A stretch of DNA of 64,000 bases from Candidatus Kerfeldbacteria bacterium CG15_BIG_FIL_POST_REV_8_21_14_020_45_12 (GTDB taxonomy: Bacteria; Patescibacteriota; Patescibacteriia; UBA9570; XYC2-FULL-38-9), in contig PFGC01000041.1 of NCBI GenBank assembly GCA_002781785.1, positions 145 to 64,144 of the forward strand. The letters are read 5' to 3'. This document shows, piece after piece, positions 36,124 to 44,995 of the stretch; within the stretch, counting starts at the first letter, position 1; each line of letters starts with the position of its first letter. Below the pieces are notes generated by a model. The model was given only the letters and a program-made list of their open reading frames with translations. It had not been told where the DNA came from and searched no databases. Made by a program: the position numbers and the translations under genes.

Positions 36124-37755
36124 ATGAAGAAAAAAACCGTTGTTTTGGGGCTCGATGGAGCTACTTGGAAGATCCTAAAACCTTTTGCTGAAGCCGGCTA
36201 CATGCCGACATTAAAGGGATTACTTGAACGTGGCGTCCACGGCGAACTAGAATCCACCATGCCAGCCATGACTGCTCCGGCTTGGGTGACTTTCGCAACC
36301 GGAAAACATCCTGGTAATCACGGCGTGTTTGATTTTATGTTGCCTACCGACAGTTTGGGCAAGATGAAGTTTGCCACTGCAAAAGATATTCGTGATAAAA
36401 CACTCTACGAAATACTAAAAGACGAAGGATATACTCCAATTTTAGTTAACCTTCCCGCTACCTGGCCACCCAAGCGTGATGACATTATTACCATTACTAG
36501 CTTGCTAACCCAGGGCGACCAGTGGGTCTATCCAGCTTCTTTAAAGGAGGAATTCCCAGAACTAGCTAAGTACCGCCTAACTCCAGACGAGAGCCTGAGG
36601 GTGGCCGAACGCCGTGACGAGTACATCGTTGATCTACTTGCCCATCTTGAAGAGCAAATGGCAGCAGTTAGACGTTTATTTACTGAGAAACCCTGGGACT
36701 TTTTCTTCTACCTATTCTCACACTCAGATTGGATCTCGCACCTGGCTTACACTGAGCTCGAAGAAGAACATGAACCCAAAGCCAGGGCCATTTTTGAAAG
36801 AATTGACCAACACCTCAAGTGGTTTACAGAAAATATTCCAGCAGACACTAATTTAATCTTACTGTCTGATCATGGTTTTACGGCCTACAAAAAAGTTTTT
36901 TACTTTAACCGGTGGCTTGAGCAGGAAGGATATCTTAAGACCAACAAGGAAGGTGATAAAATGCGCGGTGCGGCAACTCGACGCGCGAAGGAGAGCGATA
37001 AAATTACGGCTACAAAAAAACGCGTAAACATTGGCACCGGCCTGCTTCGATTTCTTGATACTTTCCCCTTCTTAAAACCAGTTGCTAAGTGGTCCTACCA
37101 CTCAGTTATAAAAAAGTACCTACCAATAAATTTAAAAGTTAATGTTGGTATAGACTTTCCAAATACCAAAGTTTGCTTTCCTAAGGGTAGTTATATTACC
37201 AATGGTTATATCAATAAAAACTGGGTTTATACCGATGGTTGTATAAGTCGCGAAGAATATCCCAAATTAGTCGAAGAGCTGGCAGAGAAAATACGCAATA
37301 TCAAAGATCCGTCTGGCAATCCGGTAGTGGCTAAAGTAATGACTCGTAAAGAGGTTTACGGTGACACTGCTCCTGATGAGGCTCCAGATATTTTCTTTGA
37401 ACTATCGGACTACTGGCTGATTGGTAATTTTAATTCTAGCTCGCTATTTGATGAAGAGATAGAAAACAAACATGGCAAGATGGGTATTTTTCTAGCCGTC
37501 GGACCAGATTTTGAAACAGACGCCGATGTGGAAGGGCTAAAAATGCAAGATGTCACTCCAACTATTTTACATCTATTAGGTTTACCAGTACCTGAAGACT
37601 GCGACGGTCAGGTAGCCCACGCTCTGTTTAAAGCTGGCTCTGAGCCAAGAGAGCGTAGCGTTAACTTTGGAGCACCATCCAGACTAGACGATAAACCTAG
37701 TGAGTCCAGTGAAAAAACTTCTTTGGCCAAAGCAATTGGAAAAATAAAGCTCTAA
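36124..37755 (+). CDS. Alkaline-phosphatase-superfamily enzyme, NPP/type-I-phosphodiesterase-like (543 aa, cytoplasmic)
   Basis: N-terminus KTVVLGLDGATWKIL and the nucleophile region TMPAMTAPAWVTFATGKHPGNHGVFDF. This parallels the NPP motif T-F-P-N-H..TG.YP..HGI. Has no signal peptide. Paralog of 47244..48635. Confidence 0.7.
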   Translation: MKKKTVVLGLDGATWKILKPFAEAGYMPTLKGLLERGVHGELESTMPAMTAPAWVTFATGKHPGNHGVFDFMLPTDSLGKMKFATAKDIRDKTLYEILKDEGYTPILVNLPATWPPKRDDIITITSLLTQGDQWVYPASLKEEFPELAKYRLTPDESLRVAERRDEYIVDLLAHLEEQMAAVRRLFTEKPWDFFFYLFSHSDWISHLAYTELEEEHEPKARAIFERIDQHLKWFTENIPADTNLILLSDHGFTAYKKVFYFNRWLEQEGYLKTNKEGDKMRGAATRRAKESDKITATKKRVNIGTGLLRFLDTFPFLKPVAKWSYHSVIKKYLPINLKVNVGIDFPNTKVCFPKGSYITNGYINKNWVYTDGCISREEYPKLVEELAEKIRNIKDPSGNPVVAKVMTRKEVYGDTAPDEAPDIFFELSDYWLIGNFNSSSLFDEEIENKHGKMGIFLAVGPDFETDADVEGLKMQDVTPTILHLLGLPVPEDCDGQVAHALFKAGSEPRERSVNFGAPSRLDDKPSESSEKTSLAKAIGKIKL

Positions 37756-37807
37756 ATTCTACCCAAGTTGTGAGTGCTTACTCATATTACTAACACCATA
37801 TACAACT

Positions 37808-38230
37808 ATGGCCCTAGATCCAGAAACAATTAAAACTGAGCGTGCGAAAATACAGCAAATCAATGTCAGTGGCATTATCGGTGAATCTACACTTATTGAT
37901 CATACCGAGTGCATAGACCACTACGAATCTTCTATAGATACTGAAGTAAATCAAATAGATTTTTCCTACTCTGTACATAGTGGAATGTGCTCAACTGACT
38001 CAATCAACGATATTGTCCTACAACCTTTTGCTGAGGGCGCCAATGCAAAATTATCACTAACCGAAGCAGAGCCACATGCGATGGTTTCCGGTACTGTCTT
38101 GTATACAGAGGCTCCAGACCCAGAACCTTCGCTAAATACGACCTATCTGCTAGGCGGTGCTATAATTCTAGCTATTGGCATGATCATCGGACTAGCCTTG
38201 TCGCATTTGAAAAAAAATAAAATCACCTAA
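37808..38230 (+). CDS. Small tail-anchored protein (140 aa) with a C-terminal TM helix and basic tail
   Basis: No N-terminal hydrophobic segment. C-terminus ...EAPDPEPSLNTTYLLGGAIILAIGMIIGLALSHLKKNKIT. Confidence 0.4.
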   Translation: MALDPETIKTERAKIQQINVSGIIGESTLIDHTECIDHYESSIDTEVNQIDFSYSVHSGMCSTDSINDIVLQPFAEGANAKLSLTEAEPHAMVSGTVLYTEAPDPEPSLNTTYLLGGAIILAIGMIIGLALSHLKKNKIT

Positions 38231-38262
38231 CACTCTGTTAAACAGCTTTATTCAAAATATCA

Positions 38263-38817
38263 ATGAACTACTCGGTATCACCGCTGGCAAAAGCAGATCT
38301 CGATCAATTACCAAGCTTTTTACAAGTTGTAATTTCTGACACATTCAAACAAGATAACATTGACAACCCTCTTGATGAAGTAGAAGAAATCGAAAACAAG
38401 CTTGCTAGCATGAAAGCTTCCTGCCAACCTGAAAATACAGAAACATTATACCTGGTGGCAAAATCTCAACCTGAAGATAACATAATAGGCACAATTGCCT
38501 ACAGCAAGCCCAATCAATTAATTAAAGATCATTTAAAAATTGATCTTTCCGAGGTTCCAGAAGTCTCAAGTGTTCTTATTTTGCCCACATCTCAAGGTCA
38601 GGGTATTGGCTCAGCCTTATTTAAAAAAATCCTAGAGCTCCTAAAACAGCGGCAAGTTAAATCATTTTGCTTAGATGGAGGTTATATAAAATCACAAGGT
38701 TTTTGGATAAAAAAACTCGGCAAGCCAGACGTTGTACTTACTGATTACTACGGCAAAGGCAGGCCGTATATGATATGGCACAGAGATGTTACTAGTATTT
38801 TAGAAAAGAATTCTTAG
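38263..38817 (+). CDS. GNAT-family N-acetyltransferase
   Basis: Acetyl-CoA motif A QGQGIGSALFKKILE. Confidence 0.65.
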   Translation: MNYSVSPLAKADLDQLPSFLQVVISDTFKQDNIDNPLDEVEEIENKLASMKASCQPENTETLYLVAKSQPEDNIIGTIAYSKPNQLIKDHLKIDLSEVPEVSSVLILPTSQGQGIGSALFKKILELLKQRQVKSFCLDGGYIKSQGFWIKKLGKPDVVLTDYYGKGRPYMIWHRDVTSILEKNS

Positions 38818-38836
38818 ACCCCTACCTGCCACGCCT

Positions 38837-39547
38837 ATGAAACTATCAATTTCCGATGATATATTTGAAAAATACCCTACTCTAAATCTGGGTGTGGTTT
38901 TTGCAAAAAATATAGATAACACCGGTGAAAAAACAGAGGTGCTGACTATGCTTAACGATCAAGTTAAAACTATAGCCTCTACCTATGAGCTTGATACCTT
39001 GAAGGACTTGCCTAAGCTACAATCCTGGAGACAAGCCTATGCAGATTTTGGTGCCAAACCAAAAAAATACACTTGCTCCGTTGAAAATTTACACCGTATG
39101 ATTCTAGAAGGAGTCAGTCTTCAGCACATTAACACCCTCGTCGATATCTATAATTACATCTCCCTAAAACACATGGTCCCTGTCGGAGGTGATGATTTGG
39201 ATAAAATAGACGGCAACATCACTTTAAAATTTGCTACAGGCAGTGAGCCATTTGTTCGATTAAACTCAGACGAGATAGATTATCCTAAAATTGGTGAAGT
39301 GATTTATACCGACGACAGAGAGGTCCTTTGCAGGCGATGGAACTGGAGGGAATCTGACAAATCAAAAATGACCGAGCAAACTAAAAATGTTGCCCTGGTT
39401 ATCGAGGGATTAGCCCCAGTCACTGCTGCAGACGTTCAATTAATTACTCAGGAGCTAGCTGGCTTGGTTGAAAAGTATTGCGGTGGCAGCACTTCAACTC
39501 ATTTACTAAATAGTGGCAGCAGGGAGCTTGAGCTAAATCAACTTTAG
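38837..39547 (+). CDS. B3/B4 tRNA-binding-domain-like protein
   Basis: WRQAYADFGAKPKKYTCSVENLHRMILEGVSLQHINTLVDIYNYISLKHMVPVGGDDLD matches the B3/4-domain pattern (W...Y...G.KP..Y..S.E.L.RR...G..LP.IN.LVD..N..SL....P.G..DLD). Confidence 0.55.
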   Translation: MKLSISDDIFEKYPTLNLGVVFAKNIDNTGEKTEVLTMLNDQVKTIASTYELDTLKDLPKLQSWRQAYADFGAKPKKYTCSVENLHRMILEGVSLQHINTLVDIYNYISLKHMVPVGGDDLDKIDGNITLKFATGSEPFVRLNSDEIDYPKIGEVIYTDDREVLCRRWNWRESDKSKMTEQTKNVALVIEGLAPVTAADVQLITQELAGLVEKYCGGSTSTHLLNSGSRELELNQL

Positions 39548-39559
39548 CGGCTCCTTACA

Positions 39560-40246
39560 CTAACCTCGCTGACTTAAGCGATAGGCTGAAGACAATTGTT
39601 TTAATACTAACGGAATACTAACTAGCAAGAAAATCCACAAGGCTACATATTCCAAATTTACCACCACAGCCAGACTGACTAAGTAAATAGTCACATCAAC
39701 AGTGCCAATGTAAACATTTTTGGAAATAAATATCTCAGAAGTTCTGGTGGTGGGCCAAGAACTCTTTTTTGCTTCTCGCAGGTAAGACACTAAAAGTAAT
39801 CCAATGATAGCGCCGGCTCCGACTACAATTACCCAAACACTAGTCTGCTGATAGGTATACCAATATGCTGTCATTGCCCCAAACATCATAATTTCCTTGA
39901 AGCGATCAAAAACGGAATCAAGCCAGGCTCCAAATTTAGAACTTAAGTTTGTAATCCTGGCCACCTCTCCATCCGAGCAATCAAAAGCAAAACTTAACTG
40001 TAATAAAACCGCTCCAGCAAACCTCCACCAATAGCCTGGGAATATCAATAAAATACAAGCAACCACCGCTAGAAAAAACGAAATTACTGATACCATGTTA
40101 GGAGTCACTGCTGGCCAAAACCGCACGAATAAATAAGTAATTACCTGCGAAATTTTTCTCGTAATATAGTAAGAAAAGATCGAGTCTTGCGGCTTTTGAA
40201 ATGGTTTTACATCGGCAATACGTTTGATGTCATGCATAAAGATCAC
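39560..40246 (-). CDS. CDP-alcohol phosphatidyltransferase-family membrane enzyme (second copy)
   Basis: Family motif present as FAFDCSDGEVARITNLSSKFGAWLDSVFDRFKE. Shares FGAWLD with 34328..35134. Confidence 0.75.
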   Translation of the reverse strand: MIFMHDIKRIADVKPFQKPQDSIFSYYITRKISQVITYLFVRFWPAVTPNMVSVISFFLAVVACILLIFPGYWWRFAGAVLLQLSFAFDCSDGEVARITNLSSKFGAWLDSVFDRFKEIMMFGAMTAYWYTYQQTSVWVIVVGAGAIIGLLLVSYLREAKKSSWPTTRTSEIFISKNVYIGTVDVTIYLVSLAVVVNLEYVALWIFLLVSIPLVLKQLSSAYRLSQRG

Positions 40247-41979
40247 TCAACTGGTAAAAGTCTATAAATATGAACGTCTGTCTGAAAACTGTAATTCTGC
40301 ACTAAAACTTCTTCGTGCGGTTGGTCTTCAAGCCACAAATGTAGCCTCACCGAAGAGGTAGAATCTTCCCAGACATAGACATCATACCCCGCTTGCAACA
40401 TCTGATCAAAAAACTTTTCAACCTCTACCTGATCAAAATCAAAGCGTTGTTCTAAAGGATAACGAATTGATTTAAGTCCAGTATGGGCCTCAACCATCTC
40501 TGATAAGCCGTACTGCCAGTCACCTGACATCATTAAAACACTTTTTTCATTCACTGGAACACCATCAGGAATCGACCGCAAAGTTGCCAAGTCATCTGCC
40601 GAAATAGACTTATTCCGATAGACTTGGGCAGCTAGATTTTCTCTTACTTCAGCTATAGTTGGCTGATACGAAAAAATAACTCCACCAATAATTCCGACCA
40701 CTACAACTACATGCTGCCAACGTTTTTGAAACAACCGAAAAACCCCATCCGTTACCACCTCAACTACACCGTAAACACCTATCACAATTAAGGCTGGAAA
40801 CAGCGGTAAAATATAACGAGAATATGGATTTATCCACAACGAAAAGATGGTTAAAACACCTAATACCCACAAGCTCAACAGAGCGGCAGTTGGCCTAGAC
40901 TCACGCCATAAATAGAGTAAACCAAAAGCTACAAAAACAATGAAATATGGAAGCGGAGTAGCGTTTTTAATTATCTGCCAATAGTGAGGCAAGGCTCCTT
41001 TACCGGGACGGAACTTGCCATCGTTATCGAATAAATTATTTACCGACAATGTCTGAATGTGGTTGATATTAGAAAGCAGTACAACTTCGCTAGTGTCTCT
41101 TTTTTTAAACACCTCCTTATGCGCAGAGATGGTGGCAGAATTTTGAATAGTTGGAATTAGCGCAATAATCCAAGTTACGAAGAAAACGCCAACGTAGGGC
41201 AACGTGTGTTTAAGATTTGTCTTCCAAGTGTACTGCTTGTGCCACAAAGCAGAAATAGCATAAACCAGTGCTGCAGGCAGAACTACCCCACTAGTCTCTC
41301 GAATATTAAAAGCCATTCCAAAAACCAAGGCTGAAACTACCAACCAAATCGTAGCCACACCGCGCTTTACCTCGCGATGCTTTAATTGCCGCACAGCCAT
41401 CACCAAAGCTATCATAGTTACCAGCAAAAAGGTCATCGACGGAATTTCTCGCATCGGTTGCGATAAAGCGTATGCGTAATACAAGCTAGAAAATCCTAAG
41501 GCCAGCGACGACAGCAAACCAATGACATGTCTATATTGATGTTTTGGAAAAAGAGTCATCACTAACAAATACGTCAGCACCAGATTAGTCGTAGCCAACA
41601 GCGGCATTACTAGATAGAACCCGGAGCTATCTCCAACTATTCTTGCCGCCAAAGCCAGTAGCAAAGATGCTCCAACTGGATACTTCGAAGCGATCCAGCC
41701 CTCTTGGTTAATAAACTCGTGGTGGGTCGGCGTCAGCCAGCGCGCCAATTTCTCATCTCCAAAAAAATCAAAACCCATCTGAGCTAAATCATCATGGTAC
41801 ACCAACGGCTTGTCTTGAATCATGCGTCCAGCCAAATATATGTAACCAGCCGAATCATCTCCCCAGGTTCCCCAAGCATGATCATCAAAATAGATTATAC
41901 CGAACAGCAAGACTATGGCAGCAATAATTACCCCGCCAATCAGCCAATGTATCAAAGATTTTTTTTTGTGTGGTGTCAT
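40243..41979 (-). CDS. Polytopic membrane protein (578 aa), possibly a GT-C-like glycosyltransferase
   Basis: More than 10 TM helices, an N-proximal acidic loop (WGTWGDDSAGYIY, YHDDLAQMGFDFFGDEK), and a C-terminal soluble domain. Overlaps cysC and the CDP-OH transferase by 4 nt each. Confidence 0.45.
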   Translation of the reverse strand: MTPHKKKSLIHWLIGGVIIAAIVLLFGIIYFDDHAWGTWGDDSAGYIYLAGRMIQDKPLVYHDDLAQMGFDFFGDEKLARWLTPTHHEFINQEGWIASKYPVGASLLLALAARIVGDSSGFYLVMPLLATTNLVLTYLLVMTLFPKHQYRHVIGLLSSLALGFSSLYYAYALSQPMREIPSMTFLLVTMIALVMAVRQLKHREVKRGVATIWLVVSALVFGMAFNIRETSGVVLPAALVYAISALWHKQYTWKTNLKHTLPYVGVFFVTWIIALIPTIQNSATISAHKEVFKKRDTSEVVLLSNINHIQTLSVNNLFDNDGKFRPGKGALPHYWQIIKNATPLPYFIVFVAFGLLYLWRESRPTAALLSLWVLGVLTIFSLWINPYSRYILPLFPALIVIGVYGVVEVVTDGVFRLFQKRWQHVVVVVGIIGGVIFSYQPTIAEVRENLAAQVYRNKSISADDLATLRSIPDGVPVNEKSVLMMSGDWQYGLSEMVEAHTGLKSIRYPLEQRFDFDQVEVEKFFDQMLQAGYDVYVWEDSTSSVRLHLWLEDQPHEEVLVQNYSFQTDVHIYRLLPVE

Positions 41980-42602
41980 GAAACGATTTGACGTCTCTTT
42001 AGCTCAGCAATTAACTGTTCAACACATTCATCAACGCTGTTCACGCCTGTATCAACAACAACCTCTGCTGTTTTTGGCTCCTCGTAAGGTGCGTCAATTC
42101 CAGTAAAATCCTTAATTTCACCAGCTCTAGCTTTTTTATACAAACCCTTTGGATCACGAGACTCACAAACTTCTAAATCACATTTAACATAGACCTCTAA
42201 AAATTGATTACCCTCCACCAGAGACCTGGCTGAATCACGATCACTTCGGTAGGGTGAAATAAAGGAAGCCATCACCACAACACCTGCATCCACAAACAAT
42301 TTGGCGACTTCTCCTATGCGACGAATATTTTCTGTTCTATCTTCTGGGGAAAAACCTAAGTCAGCATTTAAACCATGCCTAATGTTATCTCCATCCAATC
42401 TATAAGCCAGATTACCTAGCTGGTTTAGTCTAGTTTCTAAAGCTACAGCTACAGTTGACTTACCGGATCCCGATAAACCCGTAAACCACAAAACAACTCC
42501 TTTTTGAGATAATAATTTTTCACGGTCAACACGTGTAATTTCTCCCTCGTGCCAAGTAACGTTGGTAGATTTGTTCATGAATATACCTATTGAATAGATC
42601 AA
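41976..42602 (-). CDS. cysC: Adenylyl-sulfate (APS) kinase
   Basis: P-loop VLWFTGLSGSGKSTVAVALE. The motifs DGDNIRHGLNADLGFS and ENIRRIGEVAKLF are diagnostic of APS kinase. Confidence 0.88.
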   Translation of the reverse strand: MIYSIGIFMNKSTNVTWHEGEITRVDREKLLSQKGVVLWFTGLSGSGKSTVAVALETRLNQLGNLAYRLDGDNIRHGLNADLGFSPEDRTENIRRIGEVAKLFVDAGVVVMASFISPYRSDRDSARSLVEGNQFLEVYVKCDLEVCESRDPKGLYKKARAGEIKDFTGIDAPYEEPKTAEVVVDTGVNSVDECVEQLIAELKRRQIVS

Positions 42603-42661
42603 AAACCACCTATATTCTACTCAAAATAGCCGAATAAATCAACTGCCACTGACTACATACC

Positions 42662-43444
42662 TTAAAGAAAGCGCCTTGGCTTGCCAGTCAACCACAAAGC
42701 ATCAAACATAGACATCAAGGCTCTAGCAATGCGTCGATGTTGTATACGAATAATAATTCCCTCTTCAGGCGTCACAAAGTGAACTACGTCGTCATGGATA
42801 AAAAACTCTTCAAATGGAAAGCGCTCCTCAACAATAGAGCGAAGTTGCCAATTTCGTTTGCAAAACAAAGCATACGTCTCAGCCGACATCATATTCGGAA
42901 TAGCAGAAATCATTTCGTCAGGGAAAATAGCTCGGGTAATTATTTTATTCTTAACAAAAAGTTCAACGATTCCGTGCCACTCATCATTCGTAAAACCACC
43001 TAAGTCGGCTTTGGCGTTAGCTCGACCTTGAATCACTCTAAACTCACTCCCAGAAGGGAGAGAGGCCAATTCATGATAGGTGTCATAATGAGCCTCATTA
43101 AAATCTCTAATAGTTACAACAGGCGCGGATTCGTCCACACTCTGCAATGATCCTAATTTAGGTACCAAGTTAGAAAAATCTGCGGTCCACTTTTCAAAGC
43201 GTTGCAAAAGTGATGCCGGTGAAGTTGCTGAAAAATATTTAACCCCACTAACTTCGTGCACTTTTATAACTAATAAACGATGGAGTTCATCTAATTGAAA
43301 ATATATAGCTGAACGCTTCATGCCAACTTTACGAGCTATGGTGGAAGCAGGCAAGCGTCCAAATTTTAACAACACAAAATAGATTTTGGAGTGCTGCTCA
43401 GTCAAGCCAAAATTCTTAAATATTCTAATCAAACGCTGTTCCAT
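42662..43444 (-). CDS. TrmB-like HTH transcriptional regulator with a C-terminal ligand-binding-like domain
   Basis: N-terminus LTEQHSKIYFVLLKFGRLPASTIARKVGMKRSAIYFQLDELHRLLVIK follows the TrmB wHTH pattern. Divergent from 43586. Confidence 0.5.
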   Translation of the reverse strand: MEQRLIRIFKNFGLTEQHSKIYFVLLKFGRLPASTIARKVGMKRSAIYFQLDELHRLLVIKVHEVSGVKYFSATSPASLLQRFEKWTADFSNLVPKLGSLQSVDESAPVVTIRDFNEAHYDTYHELASLPSGSEFRVIQGRANAKADLGGFTNDEWHGIVELFVKNKIITRAIFPDEMISAIPNMMSAETYALFCKRNWQLRSIVEERFPFEEFFIHDDVVHFVTPEEGIIIRIQHRRIARALMSMFDALWLTGKPRRFL

Positions 43445-43585
43445 AAAATTACTATATCAAAATATATCTACATTGTCAAAAATAATTAACAACAAAAAAA
43501 CATACTTTTTTAGGTGTAAATTTAAAAAATACAAAAAAGTCAATTCAAATCAACATAAAATAAACAATTCTGCTATCCTGTAGCC
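43445..43585. promoter_or_regulatory. AT-rich divergent promoter/operator region between the TrmB-like regulator and the ATP-grasp gene
   Basis: 141 bp of A/T-rich sequence with poly-A tracts between divergently oriented genes. Likely contains both promoters and the regulator's operator. Confidence 0.35.
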
Positions 43586-44992
43586 ATGAATAAAGACCTG
43601 CTGGATAAAAACAGCTCCAAACCCAGAACTATAGTGGTATGTCCAGGGATAACTTTCCCTGACTGGATATACGCTGAAATAACTGGTCTGCGATATTTTG
43701 AAGAAAGGCTTTTATATTTCCTATTTCATTGTAAATATCCTGGACAACGACTTATCTACCTTCTATCTGAAGCGCTAGATCCAGAAGAATTACACTACTG
43801 GATCACAACAGCTGCCGCTGCCATGAACATGAGTTCACAGGTTTTAAAAGAACGACTCACAATAATAACCGTCAACGACACATCAGACAAAGGGCTAGCC
43901 CAAAAAATTCTAGCTAGCCCCAAAGTGATTGAGTTAATTAAAAATGAAATAACTGAAACATCAAATACCTACCTAGAAGTTTTTGCTGTTAGCCAACATG
44001 AGATACAACTAGCAAAAGACCTAGGCATCCCCTATTGGGGAAATACACCAACAGCCCTTAAGTATGACCAAAAAGGCCCAGCCCGAGAACTAGCTAAGTC
44101 AGTTGGCGTAAAGGTAGCGCCAGGTAAAGAAAATATTAATAATCTTACCGGCGCCTATGCTGCCTGGAAAGAGCTTGGCGCGAAACCCGGAAAATACATG
44201 CTCAAAATAAATACTGGTGACGGGGGTGTTGGTCTCTGGAAAATAGACATGTCACAAAATAAGGTCTTAGATTTTACAAACTTCCGTAAAACTATTCCAG
44301 AGACCAAGCTCACCGATAGACTTGAAGAGCTCCTAAGTAACGAAGGTGGAATACTGGAACAATATATTGAGGCACCAATAAAAATATCTCCGAGCATTCA
44401 GTACTTAGCGTGGAGCGCTACTGATTTTACTTACATAGGAGCCCACGAGCAAGATCTAGCCGATGATAAATACGTTGGCTCCTATTTTCCAGCTGAATCA
44501 GATCAAGCCAGCAGTATGCGCGAGGCCGGTGACCTAATCATGCATGAATTAATAAAAAACGGTGTCCGAGGACGAGTGTCCATGGATTTTCTTCTCACTA
44601 AAAACTCCCCTGAAGAAAAGTGGACAACCTATCTCATAGAATTGAACATCAGAAAAGGAGGAACTACTCACACCGAACAATGGGCTGAATACCTAACTGG
44701 AGCTCGCTTAACAGAAGGCTTGCTTACCAGGCAAGATAATAAACCGGTTTACTATTACAGCAGCGAAAAAGGTAGTCTTCGGGATGAATTTTCTCAGCTG
44801 TCAACGAGCAACTTCCTAGCCCAAGTAAATAAGGCGGGCCTTGCTTACTCTCAGTTAACACAAAGTGGTATATTTTTCCATCTACTATCCCAACGAGCAC
44901 CATTTCATAAAGTCGGGTATACTGCCATTGGACGTACTCGCTCTGAAACCATAGAGCTGAAGAAAAAATTTGAAGAAAAATTTGGTAAATAA
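43586..44992 (+). CDS. ATP-grasp-fold ligase-like protein (468 aa) with an N-terminal extension
   Basis: C-terminal YLIELNIRKGGTTH matches the ATP-grasp Mg-binding E-x-N motif. A Gly-rich KINTGDGGVGLWKID segment lies upstream. Confidence 0.45.
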   Translation: MNKDLLDKNSSKPRTIVVCPGITFPDWIYAEITGLRYFEERLLYFLFHCKYPGQRLIYLLSEALDPEELHYWITTAAAAMNMSSQVLKERLTIITVNDTSDKGLAQKILASPKVIELIKNEITETSNTYLEVFAVSQHEIQLAKDLGIPYWGNTPTALKYDQKGPARELAKSVGVKVAPGKENINNLTGAYAAWKELGAKPGKYMLKINTGDGGVGLWKIDMSQNKVLDFTNFRKTIPETKLTDRLEELLSNEGGILEQYIEAPIKISPSIQYLAWSATDFTYIGAHEQDLADDKYVGSYFPAESDQASSMREAGDLIMHELIKNGVRGRVSMDFLLTKNSPEEKWTTYLIELNIRKGGTTHTEQWAEYLTGARLTEGLLTRQDNKPVYYYSSEKGSLRDEFSQLSTSNFLAQVNKAGLAYSQLTQSGIFFHLLSQRAPFHKVGYTAIGRTRSETIELKKKFEEKFGK

Positions 44993-44995
44993 GCT

